A stretch of DNA of 64,000 bases, taken from NCBI GenBank assembly GCA_964035545.1, contig CAXIUT010000064.1, positions 6,611 to 70,610 of the forward strand. The letters are read 5' to 3'. Below are positions 36,192 through 47,466 of the stretch, piece after piece. Position numbers and translations under genes: made by a program. Below the pieces are notes generated by a model. That model was not told the DNA's origin. It saw nothing but the letters and a program-made list of their open reading frames with translations, and made no database searches. This DNA is from Bugula neritina. Taxonomy: Eukaryota; Animalia; Bryozoa. Numbering within the stretch: the stretch's first letter is position 1; each line of letters opens with the position of its first letter.

Positions 36192-37697
36192 TTAAATAAA
36201 TTTTCATAATACCATATCATTTGAGTTAAAAAGTTTAGTAGAGTAGTTAATTATTTGGAAATAACTATAATCATTTATATTTAAAAAAAAATAATTTTTA
36301 AAAGTTACTCAAATTTCTATTATAAATGTAATAAAAAATTTTTCATCATATTGTATATGAAATCAATAATAAGTAATTTCAAAAAATTTTTTAAATATAT
36401 ACTTTAATCATTGTGTTATACACAATAAGTTTAGTATATATAATATCAATAGATTTTGAACATTATAGCCTAATAATGTTATACTAATTTTTTCCAATTC
36501 AATACTTTTTATTAAAAAAAAAAATCAACTTATAAAAATAAAAATAAAATGTCAATATTTTGCAACTAAACATAAAATAAAATATTGTTGTTTAATTCTT
36601 AAATTATTTTGTTCAATCTCTAAATTTCATAATTGAGTAGATTCTTCAAAACTTCATTCGTTATCAGCAAATAAATTTAATATATATACAAATTGATACG
36701 ACTCTAAGTATAGCATATAAAATATTATAAATGATATTAAAAATAGTATAATAATATTTTGATAAAAAACTAAAAAATTTAAATTAATTAACAATATAAA
36801 ACTAAAATAAATACATAAAGATAATAATATCATATTTTTATAAGAACTTTTTAACTGTATTAATAATTCTTGATTTAAATTACTATAATCAAACATATAA
36901 ATAGGTTCTTGACTGCTGTTTAAGAAGTAATAGAAAAATAAAAGAAATAAAAATCCTTCTATTAATCAAAATACCATACCAGTTCGCTTTCAAAAACGCT
37001 GTATAGCTGAAGTAAACTTTCCATATCTATACTTATTTAAAAAGGAGTTAAAAGTGCTCATTAATAGATAATATACTATTAATAATATGTATCAAAGTAC
37101 AGTTTGTTTTGCTAAATCTACTTGAATATAAAATAATGAAAGAAAAAAATATATAAATGATATAATCATTGCTAATAAAATTCATTTTACATTAAATATT
37201 ATTATATTAAAAATTTTTAATATAATTTGCTTATTTTTATATAAATAGTTGTTAAAAATTTTTAAATTAGTTTTAATACTGTGACTTCAAAGTTTCATTA
37301 TTAAAAAAAAGTTTTTTGCATAACCTAAATTTTTATAATTTTCTCAATATATCTCAGTGTAAAAAATAATTATTAATAATGGTCAGTCTATATTTGTTGA
37401 TATTATTCAGTAAAAAAGAGGTTTTGGAGCTATTTTTATATTATCAAAATAATAATTATTATGAAAATTAAAAATTTTTGAATAAGAAAATTTTTTATTC
37501 ATTTCTTTTTTTAAATATAACTTATATTTTATTAATTTAATTAATTTAGTTAAAAATATCAATTCAATAAATTTTTTATATAAATTTTTATTACTATTAA
37601 CTTTTAAAAAAAAAATATTATTAGGTTTTATTACATAATTTTTAAAATTTAAATTAATTATGTATACATAGATAAGAGTGATAAATAGTTTTAACAA
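36192..37697 (-). CDS. ymf68: Ymf68 (Cox3-related complex IV subunit)
   Basis: Single 501-aa code-4 frame; YGKFTSAIQRFWKR and AKYWHF motifs; follows trnW as in Tetrahymena. Confidence 0.88.
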
Positions 37698-37698
37698 A

Positions 37699-37769
37699 CG
37701 AGAAAAACAGGATTCGAACCTATAATGACAGTTTTGAAGACTGTAGTTTTTCCATTAAACTATTCTCTC
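37699..37769 (-). tRNA. trnW: tRNA-Trp(UCA)
   Basis: acagt-CTTCAAA-actgt anticodon arm; discriminator G. Confidence 0.95.
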
Positions 37770-37777
37770 TTAATTTT

Positions 37778-37987
37778 TTAATTATAACATGTATATACAT
37801 GATTAAATAATATTTTATTTTTATATAAATTATAAACTATAATATCATAAAAAAAAAAATTATTACTAAATTGATTTGTATTTTTATAATTAAATAGTGA
37901 TATATTTTTTATCATAATTTCATTATAACAGATTAATAATAGGTTTAAATTATATAAAATTACCAATATATATAAATAATTTTTCAT
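37778..37987 (-). CDS. Hypothetical 69-aa protein
   Basis: ATG 2 nt after the nad5 stop; fills the gap to trnW. Confidence 0.4.
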   Translation of the reverse strand: MKNYLYILVILYNLNLLLICYNEIMIKNISLFNYKNTNQFSNNFFFYDIIVYNLYKNKILFNHVYTCYN

Positions 37988-37989
37988 AA

Positions 37990-39738
37990 TTAAAATAAAT
38001 AAATAAATAAATATTTAAAAATAAAATTTACAATAGTAAATCCGTATAAAAATATTATAACTTGTCTTAAAAGGGTAAACTTATAAATAAAAAAGGAGTT
38101 TTCTCTTCAATTATTTAAAATTAATATTAAAATAACCATTTTAAATAAAATATAATATATAGATATTAAATATTTTTTTAACTTTATAAAAGAAGTTAAG
38201 TATTTAATATCGTTTACTAATATTTCTGATGAATGATATCAGTAGATATAAATATCAAATACGTAATATTTTACTATAAAATAAAAAAGTAAAGAATATA
38301 TATATACAGTTAAAAACGCAAAAATTTTTATAAAACTAAAATTGTATATTGATTTTTTTAACAATATATTATAGTTTTGTATAATTAATAAAATAGTATT
38401 TAACGATCCTTTTCTAAAATCAAAACAACTATAATATATTAATTTATAAACATAAACAACACTACTTAACATACCTAAAATACAAAAACCATAGCCAATA
38501 AAATTGAAGCTAGTGGTAACTAAATATAATAAAAATACCTGTTTATATAAATAACCAAAAGTAAAAGGTAATCCACCTAAATTTATAGAAGATAATATTA
38601 ATGTTGCGGTATTTAGAACATGTAATTTATTCATACCCATTAGTCTCATATCTTGAGTATTATTATACTTTATTAAAGATCCTACACAAAAAAATGTAAC
38701 AGCTTTAAATAGTCCATGTAAGTATAAATAAATTATAGTTACTAAAAAATTATTTAATGCAATTGTGGTAAACATAAATCCACAATGACTAACAGTTGAG
38801 TAAGCTAATAGCTTTTTAACATCAGTTTGAGATGCTGCTACTACACCACCATAACAAGCGGTTATACTACCTCAAATGAATATTAATCATATTAAGTTAG
38901 TTGTTATAAATAATATTTGAAATTTTAATATCAAATAAATACCCGCTGAAACTAATGTAGCAGAATGTATTAAAGAGGATGCTGGGACTGGGGCTTCCAT
39001 AGAATCTGGTAATCATAAATGACCAAATAACTGAACTGATTTAATACTACTACATACTAGTAAAAACATAGAACTAAGTAATAATAAATTGTTATTATTT
39101 TGCTTACTAAAAGAAATTAAAGTTAGTAATGTATCAACTGTATTAACCTTATATATATTACTAAGTATACAAAAAGATAACATTAAAAATAAATCACTAA
39201 ATTTATTAAAAACAAAAGCTTTATAACTGCAACTTAATGTTGTTATTTTAAATTTTCAAAAATTTATTAATAAAAAAGATGTTATCCCTATTAACTCTCA
39301 ACCTAGAATTAATGTAAAAAAATTATTACCACTAACTAAAATAATCATAGAAAATGTAAATCAATTTATTAATAGCATAAATTCTTCAGATCTTTCTTCA
39401 TATTTAAAATAGTTTAATATGTATATATTTGTAGCAAAACTAATAATATTTACTAAAAATATAAATAAAAAACTTAAAGAATTTACTTTAAAGTTAATTT
39501 CATAGTTTATATCAATTCAACTATTTGAATTAAGCTTTAGAGTCATTACTTCTATACCATAATCTATAATATAGAAAGTTCAATAATAAGAACAATATAT
39601 TAAGAGCATAAAATTATTTAAAATTAATAACAATTGTATACCTTTATATGTTAAAACTTTTCTACTATTTGTAACTATTAATAAAACAACAGAGTAAATT
39701 AAAATTATAGTGAGTAAATTAAATTTTATTATATTCAA
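37990..39738 (-). CDS. nad5: NADH dehydrogenase subunit 5
   Basis: [42 protein letters not shown] and HGLFKA. Confidence 0.96.
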
Positions 39739-40808
39739 TTAACAATTTTTTTTATAGTAAAGTACTTATCCCATTTAGTTAAAAACTTAGTGGAATAAAG
39801 AAAAAAAAATAATCATACAGAAATTCCTACATATACTACTATTTGCACTATTAATAAAAATAATAGGTGTAACAAATAATAAAAATATAGTATTATAAAC
39901 AATAATGAATTAATAAACAAGTAGTTAAAATTTGAAATATTTAAAAAATTACTTAATGTAATATTGTTTACAAATAAATTATTATTTAAAAAAATACTAG
40001 AGCAAAAAATACTATTATCTATAGACAAACATCACTCTAATAACTCAAAAACTCCAGAAAAAATAAATAAAAATCTTATATTCTGTACAATAAACCTTAT
40101 AAAAACAGTAGTAAAAGATAATATATCAAATATAAGTTCTTTTAAAAAATTATTGCTTGACGCAGAACCTCTTATAACTGATGAAAAAATTATACCAAAA
40201 TCAATAAATAAATTAATAGGTATAGATAAAATTAAAAACGTCATAAGAAATAAACATCCAATTGTTACTATAAAAATTTTTACTTGTGTTAATATTAAAA
40301 TTATAGATGTAAAAATAAACATACTTATAGTTAAAATAAATAATATAGTAAAAAAAAAATAGTCATCAACAGGTCCAACTTCTTTTTCAGTTGAATTTAA
40401 AATAAATAATTTTACTAAATAATTTATAGTTTTTAATTGTTTTATATAACTTTCAAAATTTGTTAAAAAAAAAATTGTATATAATATAAAAAAAAAAATA
40501 CTTAATTTTAAAAATATTTTTAATATGTATATGTGTGCATAATTATAATTATTAAAATTATGAACATTATTAGTATAAAAAAAATATCCCATATTATTAT
40601 CAATCAAGTTTAGATAAACAGATTCTATAAAAATGGGTGAAATATTTTTTAGTATAGTTAAATTATTATAGACGTATATATTTTTAAAAAGCTGTATATT
40701 TAATATTAAATCAAAATTATAAAAACCATAAAAAGTCTTTAAAATTAATTTATTAAAATATACACTATTAGAAACTAAGTAAAAATAATTATCAATGCTT
40801 GAAATCAT
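39729..40808 (-). CDS. ymf66: Ymf66 (ATP synthase subunit a)
   Basis: EKEVGPVDD and FIRFIVQNIRF motifs; two track ORFs joined at TGA. Confidence 0.85.
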
Positions 40809-40860
40809 ACTTTATATTTAAATAACTAAGTCATACTTTATATCTAAATAACTAAATTAT

Positions 40861-41169
40861 TTAAGTATAGGTATTACTAATATTTAATGAATTAAGTCTT
40901 TTATTTAAAAAAAATCTTGAAAACATAAAGTGTCTTGATGGAACTTTTTTACTTAAACTAAAGGGGCACAGTAGTTTCTGGGTACTTTTAAAGTAATTTA
41001 AACTATTTGTTTTACTATTATTATCTACTATAAATGTTAATCTAAATAAATATTTATTATAATGGTTTTTAAATAAACTTTTTTTTATTTTTATATCTAA
41101 TTCATTTTTTAAAAAAATATATTTTAGTAGTAATTGTTTTTTTTTAAATAATTTCCTTTTAAATAACAT
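40861..41169 (-). CDS. rps14: Ribosomal protein uS14m
   Basis: 102-aa basic ORF with C..S.....F.FSRF pattern. Confidence 0.78.
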   Translation of the reverse strand: MLFKRKLFKKKQLLLKYIFLKNELDIKIKKSLFKNHYNKYLFRLTFIVDNNSKTNSLNYFKSTQKLLCPFSLSKKVPSRHFMFSRFFLNKRLNSLNISNTYT

Positions 41170-41184
41170 TTAACTTGTCATTTC

Positions 41185-41216
41185 TATTATATCTTAATTA
41201 GGAATCGAGCCTAAAA
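41185..41216 (-). repeat. Degenerate tandem duplicate of the trnE 3' end
   Basis: tattatatcttaattaggaatcgagcctaaaa versus tattatatcctaactaggaatcgaacctagaa (41221-41252). Confidence 0.8.
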
Positions 41217-41225
41217 TATTTATTA

Positions 41226-41296
41226 TATCCTAACTAGGAATCGAACCTAGAACGACTGATTGAAAGTCAGTAATTTTGCCACTAAACTATTAGGAC
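41226..41296 (-). tRNA. trnE: tRNA-Glu(UUC)
   Basis: actga-CTTTCAA-tcagt anticodon arm; full cloverleaf. Confidence 0.93.
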
Positions 41297-41352
41297 CTAC
41301 CAAAATAATTATTAAAACTAGTAATAAATATGGGTAATATGGATTAATAAAT

Positions 41353-42711
41353 TTATCAATTTATTAAATTATATTTACTATTATTTAATATTCATGAATT
41401 TCTCACAAAAATAAATAATAAAAACCCAAATATATAAAAATAAGAGATTAATAGGGCAAAGTTACCACCTATTTTATTATAAAATCTTCCATATGGTAAA
41501 AATGATAATGTATATAATATAGCAATAAAAAATAATGAATAACTTATTCATCACTGTAAAGATAGCTCGTAATTTACAGTATTTCAACTGCTATAAACTT
41601 TTACATGTACTTTTTTTATCCTATTACTTATAAGCGTTACAGGTATAAAATATTTTAAAAATTTACTTTTTAAAATAATATTTATTAATTGATAATAAAA
41701 TAAATATATAGTATTAAAATATTTTAAATTTTCTAATTCAGAACTACCAAATAATGATACTTGAAAATATATTATTAAAAAAAAAAATACTAAACCAAAA
41801 ATTCCTACATAGTGATATGGACAAGCTATTAATCAAGCCATATAAGGTCTAAAATATCAATGAGGTGCTACTCCATAAAATCTAACATCAGTTACTAAAC
41901 CAATATCTCCTCACATAAAAATTTCATAACTCAATGCTTCAGGTTCAGAATACAATAATTCTCCTGCACAACCTAAAACAATTAAAAAGTTTAATAGTAG
42001 TCTTAATTCGTTATTTAAAGTTTCATCTCATCAGTTTAGTTGTTGTTTTATACCACTATATAAACCTTTACTTTTTCAGTCATAATGCATATCTACTCCA
42101 TGCATCAAACCTAAATAAAGTAAAAAAAATGCTATACAGTAATGTAAATACATTAATCTAATTATAGTATCTGTATTTAATAATTTATCGGTAAAAGGTC
42201 ATCAATATGGTTTACCGAAAAATAGGAAAAAAGTGTGTAACGCATTAGCTGCAATTACTAAAGTAATTTCACTTAAATGAGTTGTACATAAAACTAAACC
42301 TGCAAATACTGTAAGTTGGATAATTAAAAAGGCAAAAACACCGGTTTTTCAAGAATACTCCTGTTCTAAATCAGAAATACCTAAATATATTTTTCTAAAT
42401 AAATGAAAAAAGCTACTTATAATAATTAAATCAACTCCTCTTTCATGTAATCAGAAAAAATCATCTATATAATTATTTTCACTATCTTCTTCTTCTCTAC
42501 TATAAGCTATTAGCATACAGTCATTAGTTAAACTAAATGATAACATTATACCACTAATACACTGATTAGCTATTATTACAAAAGTAATAAAACCTCAAAG
42601 TGCTCATACATTATGATATGCAGTTTTTAAATTTAAAAAATATTTTAAAATATATTCCATTTTACTGTTAATAGAAACAGATTCAAACTTTTTTAAAACA
42701 GTTTCGTACAA
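41353..42711 (-). CDS. cob: Apocytochrome b
   Basis: WLHERGVD, VAPHWYFRPY and LPYGRF; start TTG 42711 or ATG 42660. Confidence 0.96.
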
Positions 42712-42712
42712 T

Positions 42713-42779
42713 TAGTATGGTAAGGAATCGAACCTTACGAGGTATGGGCTATGAACCCTACGGTAAACCATTACATACT
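42713..42779 (-). tRNA. trnM: tRNA-Met(CAU) with truncated D arm
   Basis: ggg-TTCATAG-ccc anticodon arm, GTAAGG-TTCGATT-CCTTAC T arm, AGTATG/CATACT acceptor. Confidence 0.8.
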
Positions 42780-42807
42780 TTAAAGATATGATATATAATT
42801 ATCTATA

Positions 42808-44742
42808 TTATTTAAATAATATCTTTTTATATTTAAACTTATTTAGTAGTATACTTTTATTATTTATAAAATTTTTATGTCTATACATTCTAGGTAAACC
42901 TTTAGTTTGTCATCATAACATAAAATGCTCAAAAGGTAATGCGCAAACTCTTATAGGCATATGGTGATGAAATCTTCCGCAAATTTCAGCACATTGTCCA
43001 TAATAAAAACCTATATTATCAATATAGAGAGAATGGTGTGTAGATCTGCCAGGTACACAGTCTATTTTTAATCCTAATCCTGGTACAAATCATGAATGAA
43101 CTACATCATAAGAATTCGTTATTAGCGTAATATTTATATGTGCAGGTAAAACTAATGTTCTTTTTGTTCTTAAAAGTCTTCGAGCTAGTGTAACAGGGAT
43201 TAACTCATTTTTATATTTATTATTTTTCATTATAGTATATATATTAAAATTATTTTGATAATTATTATCTAAAAAATTATAAATATTTTTGTACGTTATA
43301 TTACTATATTTAGGATTCTGTGGGAAACAAAAAGACTTCAATTTTCTATATTTTTTTTGTCTAAATCCTCAAAATTGTTCTACTTGTAAAACTTTTTCCG
43401 TAATATTAGTATTTTTTATACTATAATTTAAAAATATATTCTTATTTAAATTTTTATTATTTTTTAAAATATATAAATTATTTTTATTTAAAATACCCTT
43501 AATAATTCTTATAGGATATTTTACATTTTTTAATCTTAAATTTTCAGCACTTTCGTGTACTGTATCTAATCTATCTAGTTCAAAAAAATTATTTTTATTA
43601 TTTTTAATTGATTTACTTAACAAATTAAAATTGTTATTATAACCTTTTATTTTAGAATTATTTAATAAAATAATATTAGGTTTTTTTGCTAATTTTGATT
43701 GTTTATCAAGATTTTTTAATATAAATTGATAAACTTTAGAAAAATATTGATCTTTTAATGTATATTTTTTAAAATTATTACTAATATTAAATTGTAATTT
43801 TTTTTTTAAATTTATTATAAAATTATTATTAATAAATTTATTTTTTTTAATAGAAGGATTATTTTTAAATCTATAGGTTAAGTAATTTTTAGATGCTTTT
43901 GTTTTTTTTGACGAAAGCTTAAATTTTCGTAATTGTTCAGTTTTTTCTTTATAAGAATTATAATATTTTTCTAAAAAAGTTAGATTTAAATCTTTTTTAT
44001 TAAAAATATAAGACTTACAGAATTGAGATTTTTTTGAGTTATTTCATTTCTTTATATTATTTAAATATAAAGACGAATGTTTTTTAAAAAAATTTACATT
44101 ATTATCAACTTTAAAGTCTTTATAAATATTAACATTTGATATTAAACTAAATTTTTTAAAATTACTATTATTAAGAGAGAATCGTTGTAAATTTACTTTA
44201 TGAAGTTGTTTAAATTCATATTCATAAATAATTGACATTAAGCTATTTGTAAAAAAATAATTAGTTGTACTTTGAAGATTACTTTTCATTCAATTATTAT
44301 TTCCTACATTAATATAAATGTTATTAAGTTTATAGTTAATATCGGAACTATACTTATAGGTTCAGTATCACTGTTTACCTTGTATTCTGACAGTAAACAA
44401 AGAAGCTTCATTTTGTCATTCAATCATACGTAGTATGAAATTTGAATTTATCAGAATATTACCGCATCAACTTAGCGGTATTAAAGCTACCAAAAAATCA
44501 CCCCATTTCCCATGACTGCGCAATGACGTATTCAAAACTACGTTCAGCTTTTCAGCTCTATTATTATAACATCTTAATATTACAAAAAAATATAAAGATC
44601 ATAAAACTGCAAATCAAAATCATCATCAATATTGTCACTGAGATAACTGTACATGTACGTCATTCTTATGTGAAGCAAAACCGATGTTGAAATTTCTATG
44701 CATAGAATAGTCTACGTATAAAGTAGATCACAAGTACTTCAT
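42808..44742 (-). CDS. cox2: Cytochrome c oxidase subunit 2 (644 aa, large Asn/Lys-rich insertion)
   Basis: QWQYWWWFWF, GKQWYW, DVVHSW and GQCAEICGRFHHHMP; single frame checked across the insertion. Confidence 0.96.
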
Positions 44743-44779
44743 TAAGATTTGACTCTTTGTACTAAATACATGAAGTTTA

Positions 44780-47440
44780 TAAAAATTAATCAGCTAAATT
44801 AAGTAAAATTTATTATACTTCTATACAATTATTACTAATCTTATAAAGTATTTATTTTTATTAAAAATATTCTGTTTTTTACTTATTAAAAAAAAAAATT
44901 ACTTAAATTCCCCATATTGGTTATATAATTAGGCGTAACTGATCAACATGCAATTTTTATACAATTGATTATAATTGGCCTATCGTCTCCGGTCCTCTCG
45001 TACTGAGATAATTATAATTTTTTTTTTTATTACGTACAGTAGATAGGGACCAAACTGTCTCACAACGTTTTGAACCCAGCTCACGTACCATTTTATTTGA
45101 CGAACAGTCAAACCCTTGGCAGCGTATGCTCCGCCAGGATATGATGAGCCGACATCGAGGTGCCAAACGATTTCTTCAATAGGAGCTCTCAAAAATCATT
45201 AGCCTGTTATCCCTAGCGTACCTTTTATTCGTTGATCGATTTTTTTAGCAATATAAAAAATCGGTTCAATATGACAGAGTTACCTCCTTATATTACTAGT
45301 TAGTAATATAATCAGACTTATTTTGATCATTCATCTTTTTCTATATAATATATAGACTAAATCTTGTATTCACCTCCGTTACTTTTTAGGAGGTTGCCGC
45401 CCCAGCTAAACTGTCTTTCTAACAAAAAATAATACCATACAATTATTTTTAACTAACATATATAAAAAGTAGTTTTCCATTATTAAAAAATTTACTACAT
45501 ATCTATATTTTATATACATTTAATTAATTATTAGATAACAGTAAAGGTGCATAGGGTCTCTCCGTCTAGCTGTACATTAACGCATCTTCACGTTTAATTC
45601 AATTTCATAAAGTTAGTATTAGAGACAGTAGGGCAGTCGTTACACCATTCGTGCAGGACGGAACTTACCCGTCAAGGGATTTTGCTACCTTAGGACCGTT
45701 AGGATTACGGCCGCCGTTTATTGGGGCTTATACATAAACAGGATGTTTATGTTTTTTACCTTGCAACACTGGGCAGGTGTCAGACTTTATACTTCATAAC
45801 TATACTTAGCAAAGTCTTATGTTTTTGTTAAACAGTCGCTACCCTCATTTATTATAACTATTTAGTTCTTTTTCTCCCGAAGTTACAAAGATAATTTGCA
45901 GAGTTCCTTTAATACTATTATCTTTTATACCTTAGCTTACTCAGCTTATTAACTTGTGTTAGTATTAGTACAGTTTTTATTTTACAATTTTTTCTATATA
46001 TTAAATTTATATGAATATATATATATATATATATACTTTAATATTTAATATAGTTTTTATAAAATTCATCACTTTTTTTTTTTTAAAAAAGTTTAGATAC
46101 TGTATTACATGTAATAAATTTATTTTAATTACATAACCCTATAATATTAGGTATATATGTTTATACATATAATTATTACTCATATTAGCATAATTAATCT
46201 TTATATTTCCAATTTTTTTTACAAAAAATCTTCTACAATATAAAAGACACTCCACTACCTAATGTGTAATTTCAATAAATAGTTTTTTAACATTAATTTT
46301 AGAAAATTAAATATATGTTTATTAATTATATACAAAAAAAATATTTGATCTTTTACGATTTCTTAAAAGAATGGCTGATTCTAAGCCTATCTCTATATTT
46401 AATATTTAGTAATTTTCTTAATATTAACTATTTTTTATTATTTTAATTTACACTCTGGGCTGTTTCCCTCTCGACATTTAATCTTTGCACTAAATGTCTG
46501 TTTAAATATAAATATAGATACTAATTTATAAATTAATTTTCATTATCTCATTACCAAATATCTATATAATATTCACTTTACTTAAATAAATTTCGTGGAG
46601 AACCAGCTATAACTAAGCTTGATAAGCCTTTCACCCCTAATAACAAATCATCTCAAAATTTTGCAACATTTACGAGTTCAGCCTAATGCTTGTTCATTAT
46701 TAGATCGCTTAGTTTCGGGTCAAATACTATAAACTAAATTATTTTCACTATGCTTACGCTTGCTTATAGTATTTACTTGCTAATCCATTATACAAAAGGT
46801 ACAATAAAACATTCGCTTTATTTGATTTAATACATTAAAATTCAGTATTACTCATATTAATATGTTATTTCATCTATTTTTCGCAAAATATAATCTATAA
46901 AACTTAAGTTTTTTAGCAGTTAATTTACTAAATTTTTATAGTTATATAGATTAATAAGTAAACTTAATAGGTATTAAAAATTTTAAAAAATTTAAAATAC
47001 ACTAAAATATTAATATTACTTACTTAAATTTAATAGATTTAATTTTACTTAAATATATATATACAAAATTTAAATAAGTATATGATATTGTTTAATATAT
47101 TAATACTATATACTTTTAAATCAATCTTAAAGATCTACTTTTTTACAAGACTTTCACTTTCTATGGTTTATTTTTTTCAAAATAATTATTAAAATTTTTT
47201 ATTTTCTGCTAACTATTTTCGATCATCTCTACAATAGTTCTCAATTGAATTTTATAATTATATACTAAAATATTTTTCTTCTACAATATAATCCTATTAT
47301 TATTCATTAAAGACCAGGTCGTAATAATGATATATTCTTTATAAGAAAAATCTTTTACTCCATAGTTTTTAAATTATTCCTAATAATATAACTTAAGTTT
47401 TAGACATCCTTCTAATGTAATTTTTTTAGCTAATTAATTC
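44780..47440 (-). rRNA. rnl: Large-subunit rRNA (ends approximate)
   Basis: Sarcin-ricin loop AGTACGAGAGGAC, peptidyl-transferase GGCACCTCGATGTCGGCT, GAGCTGGGTTCAAAACG and GTACCTTTTGTATAATGG. Confidence 0.95.
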
Positions 47441-47466
47441 AATAAAAATATAAACTATATAAAAAA

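Noticed and set aside
42713-42779. Truncated-D-arm tRNA-Met as a novelty
   Set aside because: An aberrant tRNA-Met of this type is already known from Tetrahymena mitochondria.
35340-44300. cox1 and cox2 insertions as introns or inteins
   Set aside because: In-frame, with no splice or intein motifs; large insertions in these genes are a known ciliate feature.
23443-44690. Plus-strand track ORFs at 23443, 30669, 39964, 41934 and 44442
   Set aside because: They lie opposite ymf63, nad4, ymf66, cob and cox2 and carry no motifs.
14882-44742. Apparent fragmentation or pseudogenisation of core genes in the ORF track
   Set aside because: Breaks are TGA codons at Trp positions and tRNA-Trp(UCA) is encoded; frames are continuous in code 4.
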